Positions 41,138-52,060 of a stretch of 64,000 bases of DNA are shown here, in pieces (position 1 is the first letter of the stretch; the number at the start of each line of letters is the position of its first letter). Source of the stretch: Histomonas meleagridis 2922-C6/04-290x (taxonomy: Eukaryota; Protista; Parabasalia). The notes beneath the pieces are model-generated. The model saw nothing but the letters and a program-made list of their open reading frames with translations, searched no databases and was not told the DNA's origin. The stretch covers positions 186,744 to 250,743 of the forward strand of contig JAANOX010000190.1 in the NCBI GenBank assembly GCA_020184695.1, read 5' to 3'. The translations under genes and the position numbers were made by a program.

Positions 41138-43873
41138 TTAGCTGAAAATTTGTGCAAAACAATTGTTTTCATGAATTTTTTTGCACACATCTTCTAAAAA
41201 ACAATAAAAATCATTATTTTTCTTTTGCAAAAGTAACTCGAACATTTGGTCCAAATTTAAATCAAATTTACATTCACAAACTTCTTCAATTCTTTGATAT
41301 ATTTGAACAAAATTTTGGGGATAAAGCAAAGCAATTACTGCCAAAGTTTTACCTCCATCCGTTAATATTAATTTTGGTTTCTTTATAATATTTTGCCATA
41401 AGAACAATGAAATTCTCGAAAACTTTGGTTCTAACTCACTTAAAATTTTATTATTTCTACTTATTATAAGAAAATCACAAAAATTGATCAGAACAGAAAA
41501 AACATTATTAAGATAAAATTCATTGTTAATAAAGAAACAAATAAAATTCATCATAAACATCATGAATTCATGGCCCATTTCATTTAAGTGTCGTTTAGTT
41601 AATGAATTAAATAATGAAATTATTGATAAAGTTGGATTTGGATATTGTGATAAAACATTAAATTGTAAAGTACTCAATACGGTGTAAAGTTGTTGAATCA
41701 AATTCAATAAAATCGGATCTTCATAAATTTGGAAAACTTTAAACATTACATAGTCATTATCAAGTAATTTAGATAATAAATCGGAAATTCTACGAATCAA
41801 TTTAATTTTATATTCAAAATCTATTGATTCATTATAAGATTTAAATGATTGAAATACAAATTTAGAAATTTCTTTAAATAAAATTATTCCATTTGGAGAA
41901 TTTTCTTCAAATGATATATTTTTCCTATTAAGAAATGAAAAAAGCATTTTAATTGTTGCATAAATTATATTTGGATCCAAGTTTTGATAAATAAAATTTA
42001 ATATATTTGGAATTAAATATTCAGAAAATATTAAAAAATCTTTTGTTTCACAAATTCCGTATTTACAAATACTTTCTAAGTCTTTAATAAATATATATAA
42101 ATTACAATTTTCTGAGAATGTGCTTAAAAATTTTTCTGTGTGGTAAAACTTATATGAAGCCATAAATAAGAAGCCGATAAATTCTTCTCTTGCCTTTTTA
42201 TTTAATCCCATAAATAAAAATCGTTCTTCTGAATGGTTTAAGATTAAGTCCATCAAAGTTTCATTCGATGGGAATACCTTATGAAGATTTTTGATCGCAT
42301 ATTGAATTATAAGCGGTTTATCATAAAAAGTTATAACCGATATTAAATTCCTTTCAAATAATTCATTTGACATTTCAAAATTGCTAGAAAAGTGCGTTAA
42401 CCGAAAAGTTGAAATGAATTTAAGTACTGAAATCTCAAGTGAAAAATTTTCTATTTTTTGTTCAATGAAATTTTTTGTTAATCGAATAATTCTTATTGCA
42501 TCATTAAATAAAGGTTCCCAATATTCCGAAATAGTATCGTCAATTGAAGATGATGGCTCAAGTATTAATAACATTGATATAAAATTCAAATATAAAGAAA
42601 GTTCAATTTGATCATTTGTTTCATTAAATAAAGACATTATCATTGATATCAAAGAAGGAACGATTTGTATTAATCCTTTAACAGGAGATAAGTCCAAATC
42701 ATCCAAAAATATAAAAACGTCTTCTAAATCGATGTTACGAATAATTTGTAACAAAAGTTCGATATAACTTTTAGTTAATGTTTCATAATTTTCATACAGA
42801 AACACCTTCACTTCAGTATCTCCCGATTTCATCATCGAAAATGATATACAACCCCAAAAGTTTATTAAATTTTGTAATGTTTCTTTGTTTTCATATAACA
42901 TTTGAGCATTCGAAAATAATGAAATTGTCCAATTAAAACATTCTTTTATAAATGGAATAAAAAATTGATATTTATTTATTTCATTGTGTGTTAACCTCTT
43001 CGAAAATTGTAACAAAATATTCGATTTTAATTCGATTTCTTTTTGGTTCTGAAAAAAGATAATTGAATCTGTTATAAATTGTTCATAAACCAAATCTTTG
43101 CAAGGTGGAACTCCACGTTCAAATGATGAATTAGAAGTCATTACAAAACATTGGATACATTTTAGTGACATTTTATGTTCTGTTTTTGTATAAATATTAA
43201 AATATAAATTTAAGTTTGTTGGATCCGAAATGAATTGTCGCATTTGTGGTAAATGTGCAATTTCGTTTTCTTTTTGGTTATATGATAAACATGAAAGTGA
43301 TAATTGTAACGATAAATCTAAAAAAGCCGAATTAGTTAATAAAAAATCTTTGGAAATATTGTAACATGTTGGTAAAAATTTATTTCCAAAAGTATTGAAG
43401 TTTGTTGAAAATTCACTCGGAGCGCTTGAAAACATTTGTATGGTGTATATTAGAAGATTGAGTCCGAGTGCTTGGTGATTTAAATCGGGATTTTTTAAAA
43501 ATTGTGATGTTAAATTAAAAACTGCTTTGGTTTCGTCTGATTTCCAAAAGGTAACAATAATGACACCAAAAGTTGATGAAAGTGAACGAATGGTTGGTGG
43601 GTTAAAAGAATGTGTGTCCAAAACTTGAAGACACCAATTTGCAATTTGAAGAGCATAATTTAATTCCCACGTAATACAAAATTGTTGAGTTAATTTTAAA
43701 AGTGTTGATGATAAAAATAATTGATATACATCATTCGGATTTCTTTCAAGATAAGATTGACATATTGGAAAACTTGATGGATTTGTTTCAAAATCATGAA
43801 TTCTTGATAAGATTTCTTCATTAGCTGGATTAGAGATTAATTCTTGAAGTTCTTCAAAGGAAATGCTATTCAT
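41138..43873 (-). CDS. XPO7: Exportin-7/RanBP16-like karyopherin
   Basis: 911-aa HEAT-like protein; SPNGIILFKE and DYVMFKVFQIYED correspond to exportin-7 motifs. Confidence 0.65.
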   Translation of the reverse strand: MNSISFEELQELISNPANEEILSRIHDFETNPSSFPICQSYLERNPNDVYQLFLSSTLLKLTQQFCITWELNYALQIANWCLQVLDTHSFNPPTIRSLSSTFGVIIVTFWKSDETKAVFNLTSQFLKNPDLNHQALGLNLLIYTIQMFSSAPSEFSTNFNTFGNKFLPTCYNISKDFLLTNSAFLDLSLQLSLSCLSYNQKENEIAHLPQMRQFISDPTNLNLYFNIYTKTEHKMSLKCIQCFVMTSNSSFERGVPPCKDLVYEQFITDSIIFFQNQKEIELKSNILLQFSKRLTHNEINKYQFFIPFIKECFNWTISLFSNAQMLYENKETLQNLINFWGCISFSMMKSGDTEVKVFLYENYETLTKSYIELLLQIIRNIDLEDVFIFLDDLDLSPVKGLIQIVPSLISMIMSLFNETNDQIELSLYLNFISMLLILEPSSSIDDTISEYWEPLFNDAIRIIRLTKNFIEQKIENFSLEISVLKFISTFRLTHFSSNFEMSNELFERNLISVITFYDKPLIIQYAIKNLHKVFPSNETLMDLILNHSEERFLFMGLNKKAREEFIGFLFMASYKFYHTEKFLSTFSENCNLYIFIKDLESICKYGICETKDFLIFSEYLIPNILNFIYQNLDPNIIYATIKMLFSFLNRKNISFEENSPNGIILFKEISKFVFQSFKSYNESIDFEYKIKLIRRISDLLSKLLDNDYVMFKVFQIYEDPILLNLIQQLYTVLSTLQFNVLSQYPNPTLSIISLFNSLTKRHLNEMGHEFMMFMMNFICFFINNEFYLNNVFSVLINFCDFLIISRNNKILSELEPKFSRISLFLWQNIIKKPKLILTDGGKTLAVIALLYPQNFVQIYQRIEEVCECKFDLNLDQMFELLLQKKNNDFYCFLEDVCKKIHENNCFAQIFS

Positions 43874-43959
43874 TTACTTGAAGTGATTCCAAAATGTTCT
43901 TTTTAAAAAGAACGTTTATAAAAATAGTGACCGTTAAGAAGCGGTTTTGACAAAACCTC

Positions 43960-44184
43960 ATGGGTTCATCTTCAAGTAAAGCAGAAGAAACTATGCTTCT
44001 AGATATTCTTATACCAAAAGCTTTCAGAACATGCGTGGATGATTTATCGACAGAGCATCTCACAGATTCCGAAAAAACAAAAATAAAGAAATTTGTTTAT
44101 CGTTTTGTTGAAACATATTATGAATCAAAACAAACTGTCGGAGAGCAAATGCTACTTTCAGATTATTCAGATTTCTTGTACTAA
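43960..44184 (+). CDS. Small Tim9/Tim10-like chaperone (Cys-poor, hydrogenosomal type)
   Basis: AFRTCVDDLSTEHLTDSEKTKIKKFVYRF resembles the small-Tim helix-loop-helix; only one Cys retained. Confidence 0.55.
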   Translation: MGSSSSKAEETMLLDILIPKAFRTCVDDLSTEHLTDSEKTKIKKFVYRFVETYYESKQTVGEQMLLSDYSDFLY

Positions 44185-44245
44185 ACAATTATTATTATTA
44201 TTTTTTCGAAATTTTCAATACAAAAATCAGTGGTTTTCTTTTTAT

Positions 44246-44812
44246 TTAAAGTTTTTGGTTACTCCAACTTCCGTTGTATGTGTATTCACCTTCTGCTCTG
44301 ATGAAAACAAATTGACATACTTTAACACCAGGCTTAAGTATAAGAGGTCTTGGGCTAAGATTGCAAATTTCAAGTACTTGCCTATTATTAATTCCTGGTG
44401 CCATTAAACTTGCTGTGAAATGAATAAGAAGTCCTAATCTAGCCATTCTACTTCTTCCTTCTAATAGTCCACACATATTTGGTGGCAACTTTACAGTTTC
44501 TTTTGTGATTCCAAGACATGATGTAAATGGTTTCAACAAAAATCCTTCACCATCTTCAACATGTACAAGTTTTGTGATTTTCTCACTTCTATAATCAACA
44601 TCAGCTTCAAGTGTTATTGGCGTTTCATCTTCAAGAAAGATACGAAATTCATTCCCTAAAGTAAGATCGACACTTGCAGGTCCAACATTTTCAAGTTTGA
44701 AAGGTTCGCTTATCTCTATATTGCCCTTTTTTATTTCTTCAATTATGGCATCATGTGTGAGCACACAACCAATGTTACATAACGTAGAAGCATCAGAAGA
44801 TCGTACTTGCAT
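44246..44812 (-). CDS. dcd: dCTP deaminase (prokaryote-type trimeric dUTPase fold)
   Basis: VGPASVDLTLG, LLEGRSRMARLGL, APG....VLEICN, PGVKVCQFVF. Confidence 0.85.
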   Translation of the reverse strand: MQVRSSDASTLCNIGCVLTHDAIIEEIKKGNIEISEPFKLENVGPASVDLTLGNEFRIFLEDETPITLEADVDYRSEKITKLVHVEDGEGFLLKPFTSCLGITKETVKLPPNMCGLLEGRSRMARLGLLIHFTASLMAPGINNRQVLEICNLSPRPLILKPGVKVCQFVFIRAEGEYTYNGSWSNQKL

Positions 44813-44923
44813 CCAAGTACGAGTTTTTCTTTACTTATATGGCCAGCCATCCATTTTCAATTACCGCTTGACCATCACAAACCGTTGTTGTAACGCTCGA
44901 ACGTTAAAAATGAAAAAAGTCAA

Positions 44924-45766
44924 ATGAATATACCACTTGCTTCAATTGATTATATATCTAATTGTATCTTCAGAATTTCGGTTAATTCACCCTATTATAT
45001 ATTTACTATGATGGTAATTTTAGGGCCAACAGTTGGATATTTTGATCAATTGAGGAAAATGATTATCAATAAATCTCCATTTATGTTTAATAAACATACA
45101 GCACTCATTCAAATGCTATCCAACTTATTGAGGTTTATATATTGGCAATTTGAACCATATATTTTTTATTTGCTTTGTCAATCAATATGCGTATTTTCAT
45201 TGCAACTTATTCTTTCTTTTTTATCTTTTCACTATATGGATCCAGGAGAAATATTTGACAATGAACCATTTATTTATAATCCTTTAGGATACAGAATTCC
45301 AATACAAAGCGGTTCAGAAAAACATTATAATTTTTTCTACATATATAAAGCAACAACAGCAATGCAGTTTTTTCTGTCGTTGTGTTTATATTTCTGTATA
45401 ATTTTATTGATCTTCCAGATTGGAAGTGCAATCATCGGATACAAAAATATGGCTACTGTTACAATCCTGCTCTCCAACATCATTGATTCATTCACGTCTC
45501 TTCCACAATTTGTTCAAATTGTATGGTATAGAGAAATCGAAAATGTTTCTTCTGTTCTTGTTGCTCAATTCCTTGCAGGCGACATTATGAAACTATGTAT
45601 GTACATACTTGGTCACGCAGCATGGCCATTCAAGTTTGGTGCATCTTTGCAAACATGTTTAGATACAATATTATTAATTTCTTATGTCAGGCAAAAATGC
45701 TTTGCTCAGCCAACGAATCAACAAAGCCGAAGAAATTCTATGCAAGAGGAAATTCTTCCAAAATGA
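44924..45766 (+). CDS. PQ-loop repeat membrane protein (SLC66/PQLC1-like)
   Basis: GPTVGYFDQ, SNLLRFIYW, IDSFTSLPQF, GDIMKLCMY; multiple TM helices. Confidence 0.8.
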   Translation: MNIPLASIDYISNCIFRISVNSPYYIFTMMVILGPTVGYFDQLRKMIINKSPFMFNKHTALIQMLSNLLRFIYWQFEPYIFYLLCQSICVFSLQLILSFLSFHYMDPGEIFDNEPFIYNPLGYRIPIQSGSEKHYNFFYIYKATTAMQFFLSLCLYFCIILLIFQIGSAIIGYKNMATVTILLSNIIDSFTSLPQFVQIVWYREIENVSSVLVAQFLAGDIMKLCMYILGHAAWPFKFGASLQTCLDTILLISYVRQKCFAQPTNQQSRRNSMQEEILPK

Positions 45767-45962
45767 ATACGTTTAATAGATTTATAAATATTTTCTATCT
45801 ACGAACTATTTTTTTTTTTCAAATTGAACTTATGATAATAAGTTAGTTGCTTCATTCATTAGATAAGCTTGAGCGAAGAAATGCTTCAAAAGGAAACTTT
45901 TGTTTTTTGTGTGGAACAAAAAAACTAAATTCGCTTTTTCAGTACTTTACGTAATTTATAAA

Positions 45963-46430
45963 ATGTGCGATTGCTTCAAATCAAATGCCCAACTTGAAGA
46001 CGTTGATAAATCTCAAATGATTGAATACTCAAGGCAATTATTTGATTTATTCAAGGATGATGTGTACGTAACAATTTTTGATCCAGAATGGAAACCAATT
46101 TGGCAATCAGCTTCATCAGAAAATTTTTCACAAGAATTCCAAAGACAAATTGAAGATGTGGGAAGGTTAATTGCTAGCAGTGAAGAGTCTATCCTTCAAC
46201 TCAATTCAGGATGGCGAGTTGACGAATTAACTTCTTTTCGTTTAACTTGTCATTCAAGTCGAATTTTTGTTTATATCCTACAGCAAACATATAGGCTTGT
46301 AGTAATCAACAAATATTCATCACATGATAATATTGAAGAGGATACAAATTTTGATCAAACCATAAAGTCACTTTGTCACAGTGTTTCAAATTCTATCTAT
46401 GCTTGCTCACAAAGCGATAAAACTGTTTAG
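45963..46430 (+). CDS. Hypothetical protein (possible longin/roadblock-like fold)
   Basis: ATG 45963 ORF; alpha/beta pattern only. Confidence 0.5.
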   Translation: MCDCFKSNAQLEDVDKSQMIEYSRQLFDLFKDDVYVTIFDPEWKPIWQSASSENFSQEFQRQIEDVGRLIASSEESILQLNSGWRVDELTSFRLTCHSSRIFVYILQQTYRLVVINKYSSHDNIEEDTNFDQTIKSLCHSVSNSIYACSQSDKTV

Positions 46431-46679
46431 ACTTTATAATAAGCTTGCGGAAATTTATGTTTTTCTTATAATCCCATAATTTCTTCATTTTTATTAGTAA
46501 AATCTCTATAAGTTATCTTTTGATTAAAAAAGCTTTCTAAATGATGTTAAGAAAGTTTTTTGTTTTGGAAGATTTCTTCGCTTTTTTTAACGTTCAAACA
46601 GTGTCACTTTTGAATAACACTAACAATGCAAATGACAAAAAAAATTTTATAAACATTAGTAATAATTCAAACAGTTTAA

Positions 46680-47927
46680 TTATTCATGTTTCTTGAAGTT
46701 GAGCGTTTTCTTTCTTTTCACAAAGAAGAATGCAACGTAACAAGCAAGTTCAATGAATGAAATCATATACAAAAATGTCGGAACAAACGACGATTTCATT
46801 TCTTTAGATCTGCTTTTTGCTTCATCTGTTAAGTTATCATAGTCTTTAATTCTGTTATAAAATGACATCAATGTATTAATTGAATCATTTTTAGAGTTCG
46901 ATAACGCGTCCATTGCGCATTGCGATATTGAGTCCATTTTATCTTTGACAATGTTTTTAAGATTTTTTAAGTCATCTTGAATTTCGGTGAATGATCGAGA
47001 TCGCTTTTCCATTTTATGTTCAGTCCTCATCAAACTAACAGTTAGCGTTGCGTGTACAAGCCTCTGTAAGTCTTTAGTTGTTAAAGAATCTTTTAACCGA
47101 CTTCTAATTTCAAGAAGAAGATCTCGAATTTCTTGCCCAGAATAATTGTTTTTCCCAGATTGGTCTAGTTTATATGAAGCCTTTTCCATTTCATTGATTA
47201 TGCGCTCCGCAAGTGGGAGAACAGGGTGTGAAATTGGCTTTAAAAGTTTTCTAAGTTTACGACGGTTTGCATCGTCCATTTCGGTTTTATTGAATTTTTC
47301 TGTGTGATTTGGGGGGATCCTTGTCAAAAAGTGGAATAGCTCTGATTCGCCAATGCCTTCTTGGCTCTCAGCAAAAAATGAGAAGTAATTTGCATTTGGA
47401 ATGGTTGCTTCGATTGGATCACCACATTGGGTAAAGTCTGAACCTCGGTCATCTAATGCATAACATGTTATTGTATTATCTTTGTATGTTATGCGAACTG
47501 TGACGTTTTGAGAGTAAACCTGGCAGAGGTTTCGGTGAATTTGATTGTCGTCGTTAAGATAATGAAATGCTATTTTTAGTTTCATATTATCTATTCTTGT
47601 AATGTTGAAAGAAATTTGATTAAAAGATGTTGCATTGGTGTGGATATAATAAGGACAGAAATTGTCTGAGATTATAAAGGATAAGGAACCTTTTGAAACT
47701 TCAGCACGGAACTCAGATAACCAATCATTAGAAGTAGTGGGTAAGCGCTGGCATATACCGCTGTTTTGTTTTTTATAATCTGATGCAAAATGAATAGAAC
47801 TCTTGAGATTTGTTGCCACACCAACAAGAGACCAAAACCCCAGTTCATTTGAATTTGATAACGTTATTGGAGGAAAGATGTCAAATGATCCTTCTAATGA
47901 AAAACATAAGAAAAGGAATGTTCCCAT
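46680..47927 (-). CDS. ERGIC-53/VIP36-like L-type lectin membrane protein
   Basis: Signal peptide, beta-rich lumenal domain, coiled coil, C-terminal TM and KKHE di-lysine-type tail. Confidence 0.65.
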   Translation of the reverse strand: MGTFLFLCFSLEGSFDIFPPITLSNSNELGFWSLVGVATNLKSSIHFASDYKKQNSGICQRLPTTSNDWLSEFRAEVSKGSLSFIISDNFCPYYIHTNATSFNQISFNITRIDNMKLKIAFHYLNDDNQIHRNLCQVYSQNVTVRITYKDNTITCYALDDRGSDFTQCGDPIEATIPNANYFSFFAESQEGIGESELFHFLTRIPPNHTEKFNKTEMDDANRRKLRKLLKPISHPVLPLAERIINEMEKASYKLDQSGKNNYSGQEIRDLLLEIRSRLKDSLTTKDLQRLVHATLTVSLMRTEHKMEKRSRSFTEIQDDLKNLKNIVKDKMDSISQCAMDALSNSKNDSINTLMSFYNRIKDYDNLTDEAKSRSKEMKSSFVPTFLYMISFIELACYVAFFFVKRKKTLNFKKHE

Positions 47928-48234
47928 ATAAAAGAAATGTTATGTGAAATAGCTGAATTCTATTTTGTCCTTTGTGATTTGATAATCAAGATAAAACGGG
48001 TAAAATATTGTTAAGACGACGCAATTTCAACCTTTCATTAGTCATTTTGATTTTCAATATGATAAATGAGAAGTCACTTAATTTATGTTTATGCACATAA
48101 AGTTTCCAGATAAATAACAATTGTTTCCATAGTCATAGCAATAAAAAATCGTGTAAATGTAATTGACTTTGAAACGTTTCATTCTGATTGGAAATTAAAG
48201 TTTCATTTACACTTCTTCTAAAAAAATCATCGAT

Positions 48235-48316
48235 GGTACTTTGGCCGAGTGGTCTAAGGCGTTGGATTTAAGCCCCAATACCGAGAGGTGCGTGGGTTCG
48301 AACCCCACAGGTACCA
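48235..48316 (+). tRNA. trnL-TAA: tRNA-Leu (anticodon TAA)
   Basis: Acceptor GGTACTT/AGGTACC-A, D loop AGTGGTCTA, anticodon loop TT-TAA-GC, long variable arm, GTGGG-TTCGAAC-CCCAC; followed by a T run. Confidence 0.92.
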
Positions 48317-48647
48317 GTTTTTTGTTTTTGATTTATCCTTGAATCATGACTTTCATTCTATTATAAATGTATTCCCTTTTGATGCGATTTCTTCTATAAT
48401 TTCATTGTTCATTTTCATTCCTTCTTTTTCTGAAAACATGAAGATTTCATAATTATTAAATACGATATGCATTTTTTCCCAAGATATATTAAATTTCTAT
48501 CACTTAAATTACAATTATCTTATTTAAGATATTACAATTATCGGCTCTGATGCAAAACGCCCTCCATTTTGCGGTTTTTGAACGATAGGAAATTTGAGGA
48601 AAAATAGAAATGCCACATTAGGGCACCCCATCCATCATCCTGACGGC

Positions 48648-48706
48648 CGGTTTCGATCGTTATCCATTGAAAAACGAAGTTTTTCAATGGATAACGATCG
48701 AAACCG
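48648..48706. repeat. Perfect 28-bp inverted repeat with GAA triloop
   Basis: CGGTTTCGATCGTTATCCATTGAAAAAC-GAA-GTTTTTCAATGGATAACGATCGAAACCG. Confidence 0.95.
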
Positions 48707-48894
48707 CTCGCACCTTCGGTGCTCGCATTTGATACATATTAATATATATATTTTGACGAACAAAATATTTGACATAACGATAATATTTAGATTATTAAAT
48801 AAAATATATAAGATTTATTATAACGGTTATCGATAAAAATTTATTCATATTTTTTGTTTGTAAAGTAGTCAAAAAGTCGATCATTTTTTTATTG

Positions 48895-49793
48895 ATGCAA
48901 TTGCAATTCGAAACCATAAAGAAAGTGTTAAAATTAAATAACAAAAGCTTCATCAAATGGGCCTCTGAGCAGGGAATCATTCCTGATATCCACCAAATTC
49001 AAATATGTCCGAAATGTCAATCGTTAATGAAAGTTTATTTCTCACCAAGTTACCCTGATGGTGCTGCATATAGATGCTGCTCAAGTAAATGCAGAAATTC
49101 AAAATCAATCAGATTAGATTCATGGGTATCACAATCAAAACTTTCATTAAGGGGATTTGTTCACATTTTAGCATGTTGGGTAGAAGGTTTTTGATATAAG
49201 AACTACATCTAAAATTACCGGTGTATGTGAACGATCAGTAATAACATGGTTTCAAACTTTTTCGATCTATTGCAGAAAAAGAATATCGAAAAGATATAGC
49301 TCAGAATTTACTTGGTGATGGAATAGTCGAAATTGATGAAAGTCATTTTTTCGGTGCTAAATACAACAAAGGAAGTGCATTGGAAAAAGAAGAAATTTGG
49401 GTTTTTGGCGAAATAGACAGTAAAACAATGAGAGTTGTTGCTGAGATTTGCGAAAATAGATCGAAAGAAGTTCTCATTCCAATTATTTGTTCAACAGTTA
49501 GACCTAATTCAGAAATTTGGTCTGATGAATGGAAGGCATATAATACTCTTAGTGATTTAGGTTATGTACACAAAACAGTAAATCACTCAGAAAATTTTGT
49601 AGATCCGATTACTGAGGCACATACTCAAAAAATAGAAGGTACATGGAATCTAATAAAAGGATACCTAATAAAAAATGGATTTAGAGACAGAAATTATTTC
49701 GAATCATATATCCATTAATGGTGCTTTCGAAGAAATATAGGAAATACATTTGAAAGATGCTGGAAAGTAATAATTGGTGAAATTTCTTACTAA
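48895..49793 (+). pseudogene. Merlin/ISXO2-like DDE transposase, disrupted
   Basis: Zn ribbon CPKC..YRCC..C; VEIDESHF, IWVFG, IWSDEWKAY, TVNHSENFVDP, HTQKIEGTW. +T at 49188-92 and 49258-62; in-frame TAA 49716-18. Confidence 0.88.
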
Positions 49794-50391
49794 ACTAATG
49801 ATAATTTAAAATATTTTTATTAGAAAAATGATTTCGAAGTGTATCAGACCCCCCCCCCCCAATGATATATTTTGCCATTATTCACTTTTTGAAATGACTT
49901 TGATCTCCTTATCAAAAGTCGAATATTTTTATTGCCATTTTTTTTCCTTTCAAATTTCCTATCGTTCAAAAACCGCAAAATGGAGGGCGTTTTGCATCCT
50001 AACCCAATTATCAATTAATTTTTGATTTTGGAATTCGATTTTGTAAAAGAAGAGTTTGATAATAAAAATTCTCCAATTTTATTTTCATAAAGATAATGAA
50101 AAATTTCATTTTGATGATATTCTATCGCTGTTTCATATGCTTCAACGATGAATTATTTTGTTCACATAAATTAATAATTTCTAAGTTTCCACCTGCTATT
50201 GCATATTTAGATGTACTTTTAATATTCGAGTTATTTAATAACACATATATAAAACATTTAATCGAGCCAAAAAAAAAACATGAGGTGGCCGCAAGAGGCT
50301 GGAAATTTTATAAGTAAATCTTAAAACCCAGTGATCTACTTGTAGCTCATTCATAAGAAGGCACTTTTCGGTTTATTGTACGTTGCAAAAA

Positions 50392-51609
50392 ATGAAAAAA
50401 AAAAGTTTTGATTCTGGTTCATATATTGAAGAAAAAATAGCACCAAATATTGAAGCCAGGATCAAAGAGCTAACACAGAAAAGAGATGAACTTAAATTAC
50501 AAAATCAATCTCTAAATCAAAAGTTATTATCTCTTCAACGGCGAAACGATGAAATACTTAAACAACTCCAACGAGAATCTCAGACTTTTGAGGAAAATCT
50601 CAATGCTCATAAAAAATTATATGAAAAAACCAAAGCAGAATGTGACCAAGAAATAGAAAACTTTAAACATGAAATGGATGAAGAACTTAAAAAATGTACT
50701 CAAGTTCTTGTAGCGCATCGTAAAGATCGGAATTATCTTAGATTTAATCTTCAATCCAAAAAAGAAATTGATGAAACACGAATTGCCATGTTAACTCAAC
50801 GAGACAACTTAACGCAACAACTCAAAGATCTTGTCAAAGAGTTACGTGACGAAACCAACAAATTTGAAAAAGAAACAGCTCTTTTCCGTGGTCAAAAGAA
50901 TGAAGAAGAAAAGGCTAAGCTTCAGCATCTAATTGAAGAAGCAAAAGCCTCTATTGACAAAGAGAAAATCGACACTCTTAAAGAAGCAGAATCTCAAAGT
51001 AAAATTCTTGCAAATAAAGTTGTCAAATTCCAAAAAGTGGTAATTTCACTTCGCGACCGTTATAACAAACTTTTATCAGAAGCGAATGAACTTGAAATGC
51101 AAACAATGGAAGCCAAATTAGTAACACAACTTGTTCACCCAAAATCTACCCAGTCAATTATAAACAAACTTCATCTTGAAAAAGAAAAGATTGAAGAACA
51201 AAAACTGAAAGCTAAAACTGCGCCCGAAGCAGAAAATCGAAGGAAAGCAACTCAACATATGAATGCCATGAAAAAGAAACGAAATGAGTTAAGTGGATTC
51301 ATTAAATTAAATTCTATTAAAAAAGAAGAGTTGACGAAATTAAGAGAATTAGCATCGAATGTTATTGAGCAAAGGAATGCATTGGTTACATTTATGAATG
51401 AAACAATGGCTGCATTAAGACATCAAATTGCAGAAGAATATGATCAAAAAGGTTTACCTTTTCGGACATCAGAACTTATATTGTGTCATCTAAAGGATGG
51501 CGAAGAAAGGAAAAAAGGCGGCGAAATGTCTCCAGATGAACAGTTGTGGATAATGGAAATGCTGTACTCAAGGTTTTGTGGGGTGCCACTTCCAAGGAAC
51601 GAAGATTAA
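50392..51609 (+). CDS. Long coiled-coil protein, possibly basal body orientation factor 1 (CCDC176)-like
   Basis: Continuous heptads; the C-terminal MSPDEQLWIMEMLYSRFCG pattern recalls the BBOF1 C-terminus. Confidence 0.55.
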   Translation: MKKKSFDSGSYIEEKIAPNIEARIKELTQKRDELKLQNQSLNQKLLSLQRRNDEILKQLQRESQTFEENLNAHKKLYEKTKAECDQEIENFKHEMDEELKKCTQVLVAHRKDRNYLRFNLQSKKEIDETRIAMLTQRDNLTQQLKDLVKELRDETNKFEKETALFRGQKNEEEKAKLQHLIEEAKASIDKEKIDTLKEAESQSKILANKVVKFQKVVISLRDRYNKLLSEANELEMQTMEAKLVTQLVHPKSTQSIINKLHLEKEKIEEQKLKAKTAPEAENRRKATQHMNAMKKKRNELSGFIKLNSIKKEELTKLRELASNVIEQRNALVTFMNETMAALRHQIAEEYDQKGLPFRTSELILCHLKDGEERKKGGEMSPDEQLWIMEMLYSRFCGVPLPRNED

Positions 51610-52060
51610 ATATGTTTGTGTTTGTAAAATCGAGTTAAAAATATTTAATTTTTTAATATATTGTATTTGTGAAATTTGTGTGAATTCTTATTATTAATTT
51701 CGAATTTACGCTCTTACCTATTTAGTGATGAAATAAACATCGCCACGCAGAAAATATTATTGCTTACCAACACATTGAATTTGGTATATATGATTTATGA
51801 TGTGTATTTAAATAAATTACATGTGGGTATAAAAATTATCAACCCAATTTATAGAAAGAGAAATTTTTTTATATTATTAGCACATTTTTATTGTTTTGTT
51901 TGAAAAAGTTCGGATTTGTGCCTGAAATTTCGATCGAAAACCACTAACTTCTCAACTAAATATCTTCTCAATAAAAATGGAGTTCCATCATTCTAGTGGA
52001 TATACTAATAATTCAACTGTAATTGATATAATTTACTTAACATTAGATACAACATGCATG

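Larger units (their letters stand above)
48543..50004 (+). mobile_element. Merlin (IS1016/IS1595-like) DNA transposon, 1462 bp
   Basis: 8-bp TSD CAATTATC (48535-42, 50005-12); ends begin GG; perfect 49-bp inverted repeat 48549-48597 / 49950-49998; ISXO2-type transposase inside. Confidence 0.93.

Noticed and set aside
49849-49860. C12 homopolymer as a regulatory element
   Set aside because: It is an isolated run inside the transposon 3' region with no supporting context.
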